DNA of 64,000 bases from Albugo candida. Taxonomy: Eukaryota. Positions 1 to 11,941 of this stretch are shown in pieces (position 1 is the stretch's first letter; the number at the start of each line of letters is the position of its first letter). Where the stretch lies: NCBI GenBank assembly GCA_040437565.1, contig JBDOQK010000013.1:372001-436000 (forward strand). The letters are read 5' to 3'. The translations under genes were made by a program, and so were the position numbers. The notes below the pieces were generated by a model, which worked only from the letters and a program-made list of their open reading frames with translations, made no database searches and was not told the origin of the DNA.

Positions 1-1896
1 GAAAGTCGGGTGAAATGGCGAGCTCTTGACGGCTTGGTGCAACTACGCATACTATGGAATTTTGGTTATGTATTTGATGAGAATGGTAGTCTCACGACAG
101 TATATACTCGATGCGCTGCAAATGGATCAGGAATCGAAATGGATAAAGTAGTTCTCGATTTGCAAGCACAGCAATGGATAGGATGTACAGGAGCTCATGT
201 CGAGTGTGGTGTCGAGTATATGTCTAGCAATTGCGATCATCACACAATAAAGAATGCCGTACAATGCGGAATCGATTCGACAGACGGGTCACAGACAGCC
301 TCCGGCGATGTAACACTCTTCGCTCTGGAAGCTCCAAATCGGGACATTCCGCTACCGATTGTACATCACATTTCAATGCAACTTGTATCCATTCATATGT
401 CTTCTGTACCAGACATTGCATCTGGGTGCTCACATTATCGATTCGCCATTCCGTGTAAAGTGCTCTCGCTCGTTGAGAAGGAGAGAGAAATTGACAAAAA
501 TTGGTGCCGTCCTAGTTTCAAAAATGATTCCGCAGCACGCCTCTATATCGCCAGTAAGCAAGGAGTAATTCTTCCAGCCGCGAATGCGAAGCAGTACTCG
601 GTCACGGTGTGGATTCTGATCGCACTACTGGCCCTCATTTCGCTGCTACTTTGTATTCTGAATTGGCAGCGTTTCATTTATATGACATACGTGCGCGAGC
701 ATTCGAGAGAAACTATCATTCGATGCAATTCGGCGATGGAATCAGCTTTTGCTCGTATCTCGTGGTGGAGAAGACTATCACGAAACCCGTTGGAGTCAAA
801 GGAAAAAGAAGATCTTCGCCATTTTCAAAAGCATGTCGAATTGAAATCAAATAACCATCTTTCTAACACGTGCTCTTTTCAAAACGTCGGCCCTTCTAGT
901 GATCTAAGGCCGAATTCAATCGCTTACCGCGATGTGATAACGACATCATCGATTATGCTTTCTTTTGCAGCGGACCCTCTTATCCAACATAAACGTATCC
1001 CTTTTGTAGACATTTCGTTCTTCAATATCATTTGCCAGGGTGCTTCGGGTGAGATATACCAGGGCTGGCTCTATCCAAATGGTATGAATGCGGAAGCTGT
1101 TGCATTAAAAAGACTGATCGCTGCGAAACGCGGGGATCCGCGAGAGATTGAACGATTCGCTTTGGAAATTCAGTTGACAGCATCTTTGAGCCACCCAAAT
1201 ATAGTGAGATATCTTGGCGTTGCATGGAATACGTTCCAACAGCTTGTGATGGTATTGGAATTGAAAAAGGGAGGAGATTTACTTCAAATACTGCAGAAAA
1301 GCGGTGAAGACCTCACTTGGAGTAAGGAGAAGCTGCAAATAGGCATCGGGATTATCCGTGCGATTTTGTATTTGCATTCCCTTGATCGACCAGTGATTCA
1401 TCGTGATATCAAGTCGAAGAATATTCTGATGGATGCAGCTACTCTCGAGCCAGTATTATGTGATTTTGGCCTGAGCTGTAGTATCGACATGTTAGATTTT
1501 CTATCTACCGATCCAGCAGGCACGATTCTTTGGACAGCACCAGAAATCATCAAAGCTCAAGAGTACTCAAGAATGGCCGACATATATTCTTTCGGTATTG
1601 TACTAACCGAGCTTGATACATGTCGTATACCTTTTCACGAAACAAGTTGCCAACAAGGAAGCAGAGGTTGCCAGGGACAATTGCAGGCGATTCGTATCGC
1701 TCATTTAGTTGTCGAAGATCACATCAAGCCAAAGATGAGTGAGGGCTGTCCGGAATTCGTAAAGATTCTTGTGGAACAATGTCTCCACCATGACCCGGAA
1801 TTGCGTCCGACAGCAAAGGTTATCCTCGATACATTGCTTCAAGTTGATCAAAATCTCAAGACGGTGACGCACATAAACTGCAGTAAGAATAGATAA
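1..1896 (+). CDS. Transmembrane (receptor-like) TKL protein kinase, probably 5'-partial
   Basis: Frame is open from base 1 (the track start is GTG). Cys-containing N-terminal region, TM segment VTVWILIALLALISLLLCILNW, kinase motifs VALK, HRDIKSKN, DFG, GTILWTAPE, DIYSFG. Confidence 0.9.
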   Translation, partial: ESRVKWRALDGLVQLRILWNFGYVFDENGSLTTVYTRCAANGSGIEMDKVVLDLQAQQWIGCTGAHVECGVEYMSSNCDHHTIKNAVQCGIDSTDGSQTASGDVTLFALEAPNRDIPLPIVHHISMQLVSIHMSSVPDIASGCSHYRFAIPCKVLSLVEKEREIDKNWCRPSFKNDSAARLYIASKQGVILPAANAKQYSVTVWILIALLALISLLLCILNWQRFIYMTYVREHSRETIIRCNSAMESAFARISWWRRLSRNPLESKEKEDLRHFQKHVELKSNNHLSNTCSFQNVGPSSDLRPNSIAYRDVITTSSIMLSFAADPLIQHKRIPFVDISFFNIICQGASGEIYQGWLYPNGMNAEAVALKRLIAAKRGDPREIERFALEIQLTASLSHPNIVRYLGVAWNTFQQLVMVLELKKGGDLLQILQKSGEDLTWSKEKLQIGIGIIRAILYLHSLDRPVIHRDIKSKNILMDAATLEPVLCDFGLSCSIDMLDFLSTDPAGTILWTAPEIIKAQEYSRMADIYSFGIVLTELDTCRIPFHETSCQQGSRGCQGQLQAIRIAHLVVEDHIKPKMSEGCPEFVKILVEQCLHHDPELRPTAKVILDTLLQVDQNLKTVTHINCSKNR

Positions 1897-2021
1897 AAGG
1901 ACGTATAAATATGCGAATGCAAGCCGTTTTTTTTTGAGTAACTGCGTATACACTGACATGCGATCGTTTTTGTGCTTTCCATTCTATTATTCTACCTCAG
2001 ACGTAGACGATTGCCAAATTA

Positions 2022-3651
2022 ATGGCAATCACAAAAGAGTATCAGAATTGGCCAGATAAACCATGGAATGCCACGGAAGAGATGTGGAAACGTAAAGCCA
2101 AAAGTCTTGAAGGACAGTATCAGCAATTACTTTCGGACCATCAAGAAATGCGTCTCGAGAAAGCTAAACTAATTGGAGAAGTTCGCGTGCTCCGACGTTA
2201 CAAAGAAGTAGGAATAAGCCCTTACGTGAACCTGCAAGCTGAGCTCTGGTGTAGAGTGCCGACAATGTCATTTCACGGGACTTTTCGACACGAAAGTAAG
2301 TCATTGATGCATACGAGCAGACGATAAAGAACCGTCAAATGTAGGATGGAGCTCAAGGAAGGCATCTGTATACAGAATGAGCTGGACCATTACCGAAGAA
2401 AATATTATAGAGTAGGCTATATCGGACAGCTTATGTGATCGTATTCATTCACGATTTGTATTTTTACAGGAGTGCGATAAAAGTGCTGCTTTGGAGAAAG
2501 AGAACGAAATACTGCTGGAGCAGGTGTCGGTGTTTAAAAAAGGAATCGAGGTTGAGTGTCGTCTGTATTGCTTACGCAATGTTTTCATTCATACGGCTGT
2601 GAACACAGGAACAATCGGAGGTTGAGCACGATCTGAAAGACGCTAAAAAGCGGATTATTCGACTCCAACAAGAGTTGAGCTTGTATGGTTTATCTATAAA
2701 GTATGCGAGCATTGGCTTATTCGCCACCCTTATCCAGTGCTGAAGCTTCAGGAAGCAAAAACGAGCAATTAACACATGAACTCGAGGAAGAAATATCGAG
2801 CTTGCGAAGAAAGTTGAGAAAGAAGGATCAAGATCTTGTCAGCAACTCTCACGAATGCTCGGCATTGACGGCACAATTCAAGGTAAGCTGACATGGAGAG
2901 GTACAAGCTTCATGCATTAAGCTTGGCGTGAAGTCAATGGAAGCAGCCTGGGATAGTGCTCGAAATGAAAATAAGAAGCTCTTGAACGAGCTCAAAAAAA
3001 AGTTTGGTCTTACATCACCTCACCTGAAGACCTGATCTAATTTTCGCTACAGAGAAAATGCCATCAAGGATGTACAGACCGTGAAAGCTGTAACAATAGT
3101 AAGTTTATTACGTGATATCGCGACTAATTTCTAAACTATTATGGCAGCACGCCGACCGCCGCATACATGCTCTAGACACAGAATTTGACCACTTACGCGG
3201 GCAAGTACGCCAACGTGATAGTCGAATAAAACTCCTACAGGAAGAAGCAGCGGCCTCAGACACTCAGATTGAAAGATTAAGAGATCGTGTGCGTGAGTTA
3301 ACGACAACCGTGTCGACTTTGAGAGATAGTATCACTGAGAAAGATGACGCAAATTTTTCTCGAAAGACTAGTGAGGAAGCTGGAAGAGAAGACTCGAGTT
3401 TCTATCTGACCAAAAACCCACACAAAGAACAAATGAATGGTTTGGTACAGCAGATTGAAGACTTACAGCTGAAATTGCTATTGACTCAGAAAGACTACAT
3501 CAAGAAGCTCAAGCAAAGTGAAAACATGCGAGAGAAGCAACGAGTAAGGTTAGTGCTCTATACGATGACTCTGAAGTTTTGATTATTGACTTTTAGAGAT
3601 AAAGAAGATAGCAAGATGGAGGCGCTGTATAAGACTCGGCGATGCAAGTAA
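2022..3651 (+). CDS. Multi-exon coiled-coil protein of unknown function
   Basis: E/K/L/Q-rich heptad-like fragments (2022.., 2703.., 3112..) separated by short GT-AG introns, e.g. gaa|gtagga...gtgtag. Likely stop TAA at 3649-3651; exon chain read by eye. Confidence 0.6.
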
Positions 3652-3765
3652 CGAGCATTGCACCAATGACGCAAATGCATCATGCCGTTATCATCCTGGT
3701 AAATCTATCGTTATTCATATCCGACTAAAGGGGAAAGAATGGAGATGTTGTAGAAAGCGCGAGAT

Positions 3766-4335
3766 AGATTCAAAGTCATGCATGTACGCAAAAGTATATT
3801 GAATGGGAATAGAGAACAGAACTACTTTAGATTTAAATGCGAGCTGTTTGTGATTAGATTAAAGTATCAGATATCGGACAACATGTTCAACTATCATTCG
3901 CTGTCTAATCAACCTCTTCGATCTTAGGCCCTGCTCCTGAAGAGGGTGCTGACGCGTCCCCAGGCATTCCTCCTCCGGGCATACCGCCTGGCATACCTCC
4001 NNNNNNNNNNNNNNNNNNNNNNNNNNNNNNNNNNNNNNNNNNNNNNNNNNNNNNNNNNNNNNNNNNNNNNNNNNNNNNNNNNNNNNNNNNNNNNNNNNNN
4101 AGATTCAAAGTCATGCATGTACGCAAAAGTATATTGAATGGGAATAGAGAACAGAACTACTTTAGATTTAAATGCGAGCTGTTTGTGATTAGATTAAAGT
4201 ATCAGATATCGGACAACATGTTCAACTATCATTCGCTGTCTAATCAACCTCTTCGATCTTAGGCCCTGCTCCTGAAGAGGGTGCTGACGCGTCCCCAGGC
4301 ATTCCTCCTCCGGGCATACCGCCTGGCATACCTCC
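3766..4335. repeat. Gap-flanking duplication (3766-4000 = 4101-4335) containing the HSP70 3' end
   Basis: Identical sequence on both sides of the 100-N gap 4001-4100. Confidence 0.9.
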
Positions 4336-6222
4336 GGGCATACCTCCTGGCATTCCACCGGGCATTCCACCTGCACCTCCGGCAGCAGCATACATTTTTT
4401 GTAGAATCGGGTTGGCAATGGCTTCCAAATCTTTCTGTAGTTTTTCGTACTCCTCCTTTTCAGCAGATTGATTGGCATCGAGCCAACTCATAGTCTCAGA
4501 GATCTTGTCATCCAAGACCTTTCGATCGTCTTCGGAAAGCTGGCTCTTCAGCTTTTCGTCGTTCAGGGAGTTGCGGAGATTGTAGGCGTAATTTTCTAAT
4601 CCGTTTTTAGCTTCAATTCGGACTTTGTTGGCTTCGTCCTGTTGCTTGTATTTTTCAGCTTCCGAAACCATGCGATCGATATCAGCCTGGGATAGGCGAC
4701 CCTTGTCGTTGGTGATGGTGATCTTGTTTTCCTTTCCTGTCGATTTCTCAACAGCTGAAACGTTTAAGATACCATTGGCGTCAATGTCGTAACATACTTC
4801 GATTTGAGGAACTCCACGAGGCATTGGCGGAATACCGTCCAAGTTGAATTTTCCGAGAAGGTTGTTGTCACGAGTCATCGATCTCTCACCTTCAAAGACT
4901 TGGATGCATACACTGCACTGGTTGTCTTGGAATGTGGAGAACAACTGAGATTTCTTCGTAGGGATGGTGGTGTTTCTCGGGATGAGAACGGTCATGACAC
5001 CTCCGGCAGTCTCTAAACCGAGTGACAACGGAGCGACATCCAGTAGCAGCAAATCTTGTAATTTTTCGGATTGATCATTACCACTAAGAATGGCGGCTTG
5101 CACAGTCGCACCGAATGCAACAGCTTCATCAGGGTTGATCGATTTGCACGGCTCTTTGTTGTTGAAGAAGTCTGATAAGAGTTGTTGAACCTTGGGGATA
5201 CGGGTAGAACCACCGACAAGGACAACTTCGTGTACTTGACTCTTCGACAATTTGGAATCACGCAAGACTTTTTCGACAGGGTCCATTGTTTTACGGAAGT
5301 AATCGGAACATAAATCTTCGAAACGAGCTCGAGTGATGGATGAGTTGAAGTCAATTCCATCGGCGAGCGAGTCGATTTCAATGTATGCCTGAGCAGACGA
5401 AGAAAGCGTACGCTTTGCACGTTCACATGACGTACGTAGTCGACGCAGTGCACGTTGGTTGGTGGTGATGTCTTTACGGTGTTTGCGCTTGAATTCAGCA
5501 ACAAAATGGTCTACCAGACGGTTGTCAAAATCTTCACCACCCAAGTGGGTGTCTCCAGCTGTGGCTTTAACTTCAAAAATTCCGTCCTCAATGGTCAACA
5601 AGGACACATCGAATGTACCTCCACCAAGATCGAAGATGAGCACATTGCATTCTTGACCTTTCTTCTCTAAACCGTACGCAATGGCAGCTGCAGTTGGTTC
5701 ATTGATGATTCGAAGCACGTTCAAACCGGCGATCGCACCCGCGTCTTTGGTAGCTTGACGTTGGGAATCGTTGAAGTATGCTGGTACGGTGATGACGGCA
5801 TTCTTCACTTGCTTTCCGATGTACGCTTCAGAGACTTCACGCATCTTTACGAGCACCATTGAGGAAATTTCTTCAGGTTGAAAAATTTTCTTTTCACCCT
5901 TAAAGGTGACTTCGATCAAGGGCTTGTTGCCAGGTCCGTTTTGAACTGTGAATGGCCAGTGCTTCATGTCAGCTTGGACGATTGGGTCCGAAAAAGTTCG
6001 ACCAATCAAACGTTTGGCGTCGAAGACGGTGTTTGCTGCGTTCATGGCTACTTGGTTTTTAGCGGCATCACCAATAAGACGTTCAGTGTCGGTGAAAGCA
6101 ACGTAGGACGGAGTGGTTCGGTTTCCTTGGTCGTTAGCAATAATTTCGACTCGATCATTTTGCCAGACACCCACACATGAGTAAGTTGTACCAAGATCAA
6201 TACCAATTGCTTTATCTGTCAT
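4240..6222 (-). CDS. HSP70: Cytosolic HSP70 (660 aa) with GGMP repeats and C-terminal EEVD
   Basis: [34 protein letters not shown], tandem GGMP repeats, GPKIEEVD; intronless. Confidence 0.98.
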   Translation of the reverse strand: MTDKAIGIDLGTTYSCVGVWQNDRVEIIANDQGNRTTPSYVAFTDTERLIGDAAKNQVAMNAANTVFDAKRLIGRTFSDPIVQADMKHWPFTVQNGPGNKPLIEVTFKGEKKIFQPEEISSMVLVKMREVSEAYIGKQVKNAVITVPAYFNDSQRQATKDAGAIAGLNVLRIINEPTAAAIAYGLEKKGQECNVLIFDLGGGTFDVSLLTIEDGIFEVKATAGDTHLGGEDFDNRLVDHFVAEFKRKHRKDITTNQRALRRLRTSCERAKRTLSSSAQAYIEIDSLADGIDFNSSITRARFEDLCSDYFRKTMDPVEKVLRDSKLSKSQVHEVVLVGGSTRIPKVQQLLSDFFNNKEPCKSINPDEAVAFGATVQAAILSGNDQSEKLQDLLLLDVAPLSLGLETAGGVMTVLIPRNTTIPTKKSQLFSTFQDNQCSVCIQVFEGERSMTRDNNLLGKFNLDGIPPMPRGVPQIEVCYDIDANGILNVSAVEKSTGKENKITITNDKGRLSQADIDRMVSEAEKYKQQDEANKVRIEAKNGLENYAYNLRNSLNDEKLKSQLSEDDRKVLDDKISETMSWLDANQSAEKEEYEKLQKDLEAIANPILQKMYAAAGGAGGMPGGMPGGMPGGMPGGMPGGGMPGDASAPSSGAGPKIEEVD

Positions 6223-6260
6223 TGTTTTTTACAAAAGTTGAAATGCTTCCTAAGTTTGAA

Positions 6261-6351
6261 GAAAAATCCAAAATGAAAGAAATTGTGGCCACAGAATGGA
6301 AGTCACGGTGTGATTGGTATAATTTGTACTTACTCTCGAACATTCTGGAAC
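6261..6351 (-). promoter_or_regulatory. HSP70 promoter: oomycete-type Inr/FPR, CCAAT box and perfect 3-unit heat shock element
   Basis: Minus-strand TCATTTTGGATTTTTC (6261-6276) fits the Inr+FPR consensus; TGATTGG (CCAAT) at 6311-6317; cGAAcaTTCtgGAAc at 6337-6351 matches nGAAnnTTCnnGAAn. Confidence 0.85.
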
Positions 6352-7084
6352 GAATCTCCTTCTAGATTTGATAACAGCTGCCTAACGCTTTATATCTAAT
6401 AATTCTCACAGTTGATCTAGACTATCGTCCTACTTGACGCCTGGCGGACCAAGATTTTGGCAGCAATTCATACTAATTAATTGTGTGCGAGGATTTACAA
6501 ACAAAAACTTGGCCGCGTCTTTCGGCATGTGCGTCAGTATAAATTCTTTTTTTTATCAAATAAGTACTGGACGCGAATGAGCATGATCCACAATACTCAT
6601 ACGATCTCCTCCTTTCTGCTATTTATCACTATTTTCAAGGCCTCGATATTAACGTACATAAGGCGCGCCCGCAAAAACGAAGCTTAGCTAGGCGCCGGAT
6701 GCAGGTACCCCTTCATTATGGTGACTGCTTACTACCCATGATATAGCTTCGTATTCTATTGCTTACGTATAGGCCATGCAAAAATACTTCGTCTAGGGGT
6801 GTAGAGGTTCTTTGTTTATCCGACATTCGAAGTCAGTAAACTAGAAATAATACCCAAACATCCAATTCTGTGGCTATCAATCGTAACACGCACCACTGAC
6901 GTTAACGATTCTATTGTGTTTGGAGGATTAATGTCATCTAAGGCTTCGATGATCGGTGTCATCCTACTTTAATGAGCTTTCCCTTTGCCCACTGCAATCC
7001 TTGCTGATAAGCTAGATACGCCAGTAAGATCTTCTTAGCCATTTCTTCGAAAATGAACGTTTTGTCTCTGTGATGAACATGCTG

Positions 7085-7786
7085 TTAATAATCGTGCGTC
7101 AAGAATCGCTTCATTCGAGGTGGAAGAATCTCGTATGCCGGGCACCCGGCCACCGGTGTCGCACGATTACACTTATTTGCTAGCACTTGAACATATTCAT
7201 TCAAAAAAGTAGTCAAAATGCGCCGCTGCTTCTTGACATGTGACAAATATGCTAGCTTGAATGCAGGTTTGTGTCGCGTTTTCCGCAAATACTGCACACA
7301 TTGCACGCAAAAGTCGCATGTTGTACAACCCGCATGATGCTGGTGCTGTTTGGCCAGTGTCTCCATGTCTCTTGTAAGGTTGTGAAAGGACGAGTAGGGA
7401 TGAAAGACAGAATACGCAGGGCTTCTTTCGTCATACCTCATCGGATTAACCATTTTTGCATTCTGACGTGCGTTCATGGGAATGACCGAGTCAGTATCTT
7501 GTGAAGTGAATACATCCACTACGAAAAAGTGAATATTTTCGTCTTGAAATGAGTGTTCGATGCGGATGTACTCGATCTGACCAAGAAAAGCTCGAATACC
7601 ACTCAGTTGAGTCGCTCCTGATGGATTCAATGCCACCGGATTGAGACTGGGAATTGAGTATATCACAACATTTGTTTTCCTGGCATCAGAATTCTCTAGT
7701 GGTCCTTCTACGCGACGTGAAAATTTACGTGGCGGAACGATATCGATTAGAATTTCGCTCTGTGTCATTGTACAATACATCTGCAT
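7085..7786 (-). CDS. Oomycete-type hypothetical protein with PX-like fold and Cys/His cluster
   Basis: 233-aa ATG ORF. The pattern FFVVDVF...HPYSSFHNL...HHAGCTTCDFC...RRILTTFLNEY resembles PX-domain elements (Y-x-I-x-V, RYSxF, RxxxLxxFL). Confidence 0.65.
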   Translation of the reverse strand: MQMYCTMTQSEILIDIVPPRKFSRRVEGPLENSDARKTNVVIYSIPSLNPVALNPSGATQLSGIRAFLGQIEYIRIEHSFQDENIHFFVVDVFTSQDTDSVIPMNARQNAKMVNPMRYDERSPAYSVFHPYSSFHNLTRDMETLAKQHQHHAGCTTCDFCVQCVQYLRKTRHKPAFKLAYLSHVKKQRRILTTFLNEYVQVLANKCNRATPVAGCPAYEILPPRMKRFLTHDY

Positions 7787-8024
7787 AAGTCAATTGCTTC
7801 TGAAATGAACCCTCCTGGCAGCCGGAAAATTAAAATTTCTGGATAAGTCATTTCGGCTTCGAAGACCTAATAGAATCAACGAAGGGTACACATGTGGCAG
7901 CAGCGCCTTTACGCGCGCGTCAGATGGCAGCCAAGTAAAATCGTACATATACAATAACTCTTCCGTACATTTAAAAATACGCATAACCACGTAAGTAACA
8001 CTCATGCACTCATCTGACAGGCAG

Positions 8025-9956
8025 CTAATCAACTTCCTCGATTTTGGGACCACCTTCTTTACTAGAAGGAGCTGTGCTCTCTCCCGTTGCGCTCGCTGCA
8101 GCACCATACGCTTTTTGCAAAAGCGGGTTGACCATACTTTCTATCTCCTTCTGTTTACTTTCAAACTCATCTCGTTCCGCCGCAGAGTGTTGGTCCAACC
8201 ACGATATTGTTTCTTCAATCTTGCTCTCCACCTGCTTTTTATCTTCGTCCGAAAGGTTTCCAGCAATTTTTCCATCGCGGATAGTATTGCGTACTTGAAA
8301 CACATACGATTCCAGCTTGTTTTTGCTCTCCACGCGGAGTTTATTGCGCTCGTCTTGATCTTTGTAAAGATCGGCTTCTTGTACCATTCGATCTATTTCC
8401 TCCTTTGATAGACGTCCCTTGTCATTCGTTATCGTGATTTTATTCTCCTTACCGGTCGACTTCTCAACCGCAGTAACACTGAGAATACCATTCGCATCGA
8501 CTTCAAAGGTTACTTCGATTTGAGGCACACCTCGTGGCATTGGCGGAATTCCCTCCAAGTTGAATTTACCTAGCAAATGGTTGTCGCGAGTCATTGACCG
8601 CTCACCTTCGTACACTTGTATCAAGACTCCACTCTGATTATCGGCATACGTCGAAAACGTCTGCGATTTTCTAGTGGGCACGGTCGTATTTCGTGCAATC
8701 AAGACAGTCATCACTCCACCGGCAGTCTCGAGCCCCATTGACAATGGAGCAACGTCTAAAAGCACAACATTCTGTAGCCTCTCAGATTGATCCGAACCAC
8801 CACTGAGGATAGCGGCCTGGACCGTAGCACCGTATGCGACTGCCTCGTCGGGATTGATTGACTTGTAGAGCTCTTTTCCGTTGAAAAAATCGGATAACAT
8901 TTGTTGTACTTTTGGGATTCGCGTGGAGCCACCGACCAACACGATTTCATGCAGCTGATTTTTCGCGAGTTTTGCGTCGCGAAGTACTTTTTCAACTGGC
9001 TCCATGGTTTTTCGAAAGTAGTCGCTGCACAGATCTTCAAAGCGAGCTCGTGTGATTGTGCTGTTGAAATCAACTCCCTCATGTAATGAATCGATCTCAA
9101 TGTACGCTTGCGCGCTCGACGATAAAGTTCGTTTTGCGCGTTCACACGCACTTCGAAGTCGCCGTAGTGCTCGCTGATTTTGTGATAAATCTTTCCGATA
9201 TTTTCGTTTGAACTCGGCCAAGAAATGCTCTACTAACCGATTGTCAAAGTCTTCACCACCCAAATGTGTGTCACCAGCCGTAGCTCTTACTTCAAAAACC
9301 CCTTCTTCGATCGTGAGCAACGACACATCAAACGTTCCACCACCAAGGTCGAAAATTAGCACGTTGTGTTCTCCACCCTTCTTGTCAAGTCCGTATGCTA
9401 TAGCTGCTGCGGTAGGCTCGTTGAGAATTCGGAGTACATTTATTCCAGCAATTACTCCTGCATCTTTCGTTGCTTGCCGCTGAGAATCGTTAAAGTACGC
9501 CGGGACGGTGACGACCGCGTTCTTCACTTGACGTCCTAGATACGCCTCTGCTATCTCCCGCATCTTCGATAAAACCATTGCCGAAATCTCTTCGGCATAA
9601 AACATCTTTTTCGCCCCTTTGACTTCCACAACGATTTGTGGTTTGTCCTCTGGTCCGCATACGACACGAAAAGGCCAGTGCTTGGTATCCTGCTGGACAG
9701 CCTGATCGTGGAATTTGCGACCAATAAGCCGTTTTGCGTCGAACACAGTGTTCTCCGCATTCATGGCAACCTGGTTCTTTGCTGCCTCACCAATCAGCCT
9801 TTCATTACCAGTGAAAGCGACATACGACGGTGTCGTTCTGTTCCCTTGGTCGTTGGCGATTATCTCGACACGATCATTCTGCCATACTCCCACGCACGAA
9901 TAAGTAGTTCCAAGATCAATACCAACTGATAGCCCTGATACAGCTTTCTCGGTCAT
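8025..9956 (-). CDS. HSP70: Second cytosolic HSP70 (643 aa), no GGMP repeats
   Basis: All three HSP70 signatures and GPKIEEVD; clearly diverged from the 4240-6222 paralog. Confidence 0.98.
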   Translation of the reverse strand: MTEKAVSGLSVGIDLGTTYSCVGVWQNDRVEIIANDQGNRTTPSYVAFTGNERLIGEAAKNQVAMNAENTVFDAKRLIGRKFHDQAVQQDTKHWPFRVVCGPEDKPQIVVEVKGAKKMFYAEEISAMVLSKMREIAEAYLGRQVKNAVVTVPAYFNDSQRQATKDAGVIAGINVLRILNEPTAAAIAYGLDKKGGEHNVLIFDLGGGTFDVSLLTIEEGVFEVRATAGDTHLGGEDFDNRLVEHFLAEFKRKYRKDLSQNQRALRRLRSACERAKRTLSSSAQAYIEIDSLHEGVDFNSTITRARFEDLCSDYFRKTMEPVEKVLRDAKLAKNQLHEIVLVGGSTRIPKVQQMLSDFFNGKELYKSINPDEAVAYGATVQAAILSGGSDQSERLQNVVLLDVAPLSMGLETAGGVMTVLIARNTTVPTRKSQTFSTYADNQSGVLIQVYEGERSMTRDNHLLGKFNLEGIPPMPRGVPQIEVTFEVDANGILSVTAVEKSTGKENKITITNDKGRLSKEEIDRMVQEADLYKDQDERNKLRVESKNKLESYVFQVRNTIRDGKIAGNLSDEDKKQVESKIEETISWLDQHSAAERDEFESKQKEIESMVNPLLQKAYGAAASATGESTAPSSKEGGPKIEEVD

Positions 9957-10119
9957 ACTGAGAAGCTTTGATTGTGACCTGCATCGCTAACTGTTCGAGT
10001 CTTTGGGTCAACTGTCGAGTTTTGCTTTGGCGCTGAGATATGAGTGTTACAGTTGGTAACTTGATGTGTAGCAGCGACAAGAACAAAACGAGCTGTCTAT
10101 TAGATGAGTCTGAAATGAC

Positions 10120-11283
10120 TCATGTATAAATAACGAGAAAAATCATGACGATTAAAACCACCACCAAGAAGAAAATCAAACCCAACTGGCATCTATCTGT
10201 GAACATAACCGTCAACCAACATGTGTTATCTCGATTCTGAAGCTTCCATACCTTTAGTCTTTAGCAACCGACTGATCCGATCCAACACATAATTCATACG
10301 ATCCTGAGCTTCGTCAACATCATGACCCAATTCATCGAGCATCCTAGTTATAAGTCTCCGATTTAGTATTGATAAGCCATGGAGACCGGACTTTACTTGT
10401 TCTGTGTGCTAATCTCGTTATTGATTTCGACGGCGACTGAATTGAGATGGCCCACGGATTCCGAAAGACCATTTAAACTTTCATCTTGCTCTTCCATCAA
10501 TTGCTAAATTTAACATTAAATCGAAATCCGATCGAAACTAGGATACACTACCTGTTGTACGCGATCATGTGTGGCGATAACGTTGTCGCCAGACGGCTCA
10601 TACATCGGAAACTCCTTAGGCAGTAATTGCTGCAAATACCAAGCAATGACAACCGTGAAGAAGCTTCAAGTGTAGCGGTTTACCTTCTTCTCTTCTTTTT
10701 CTATCCTTCTCCTTACTTCAATGGTCGATATTTCCTTTGAAATACTCACCAGTTCCTAACCTCCAAATGACAAATTGGTTCGCGTTTGTTGGCGTCACAA
10801 CACGTACCATCTTCTTCGTAGCAACAAATTCTCTTCGTTTAAAAATCTCAGTCTATTACGATGGACTATGAGCTGAGATGAATACGTGCTTTCCAAATTG
10901 AGCAACCTGATCGATGTGCTCGAATTTTTTCCGATTGGCTTCCACAATTACGATCGTCTGATCCAAAAATTGCAATGAGTGCTCAGCTGCGGCTATTTTC
11001 TTCTCGATTTCTATCATAATGGTCTTAAGCGTAGATTCCGGTCAGACCAGCTTTTTGAAAGTACCTGTAGTAAGTTGTGGGAGCTCCTTGCTCATGGGCG
11101 AGTCTTCAAGCTCCATAATCAGCTTCCAGTGCGTATATTTCACATTCACAGCGGCAATTGTGCTTTCCATTTCACTACACAAAGCAATTGCGTCGTAAAA
11201 TAATCGCTTTCATGCACACACCCAAATACATACTCTTTGAAAACATAAAATGGATCACTACTCGCTTCGACATTAGAGCTCAT
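10120..11283 (-). CDS. STX6: Syntaxin-6/SYP61/Tlg1-type Qc-SNARE, multi-exon (absent from the ORF track)
   Basis: Hand-spliced exons: MSSNVEASSDPFYVFKD|EMESTIAAVNVKYTHWK (syntaxin-6 N-terminal DP-F/Y motif), SNARE helix MLDELGHDVDEAQDRMNYVLDRISRLLKTK, tail anchor CQLGLIFFLVVVLIVMIFLVIYT*; GT-AG introns. Confidence 0.85.
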
Positions 11284-11941
11284 CTCAATGGTCTCTTTAT
11301 GCGCAATTTACACTTGTGCTATAAGATATCGTCAGAATTACAGTCGTATGTCTATGCTTTTACGTTTTCGCGGATACAAAACCAATGAAAGTCGATTCGT
11401 CTTTTTATTCGATAAATAAATGCTTCAAGTTTGATTTCATTAGGATTACATACGTGTCTGTGTTTTCTATGTATAATCACTAAGGATGCTACAAAGATAA
11501 ATGCCAGAATCTGATGCACAACCTATGAGTCCAGCACATGATACGGTTCCTGGAGCAATGCAGTGAAAGTCCGCTCCCGCCTGTGCGAAAAATGACTGCA
11601 GTCTCATTTCTGTAGCATATCTCAGATCTATTTTGCCAACTTTGAGACACAGCGTATCCACATAGATTTGATCATAAAAGAAGGTGCATAAAATCATAAA
11701 AACAGCGGTATACAGAATTAAAAACTGAACGCATTTTCTGCCCACAATTGTCTAGCGGAAGCGTCGTACGACATTCATTATACGCTCGAAACTATCATTT
11801 ATATCTATTTGCTGGCTACGTACTGCTCCGTCATTACTAATAATCGCTCTTTCACTGTGATAATCGAACTCTATCAATTCGCGGATAACTTCGGATTCTG
11901 CGACCCATCAGACCTCGACCGTAGACTAGACCTGTAGTGAA

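Noticed and set aside
3905-4000. Apparent third HSP70 C-terminus
   Set aside because: Exact copy of the 3' end of the 4240-6222 gene next to a 100-N gap; assembly overlap.
6470-6800. Exon/intron-like pattern divergent from HSP70
   Set aside because: No in-frame ATG or recognisable product.
4281-9929. Plus-strand ORFs antisense to the HSP70s (and similar shadow ORFs over KDM5 and the zinc-finger gene)
   Set aside because: Shadows of real genes caused by codon bias.
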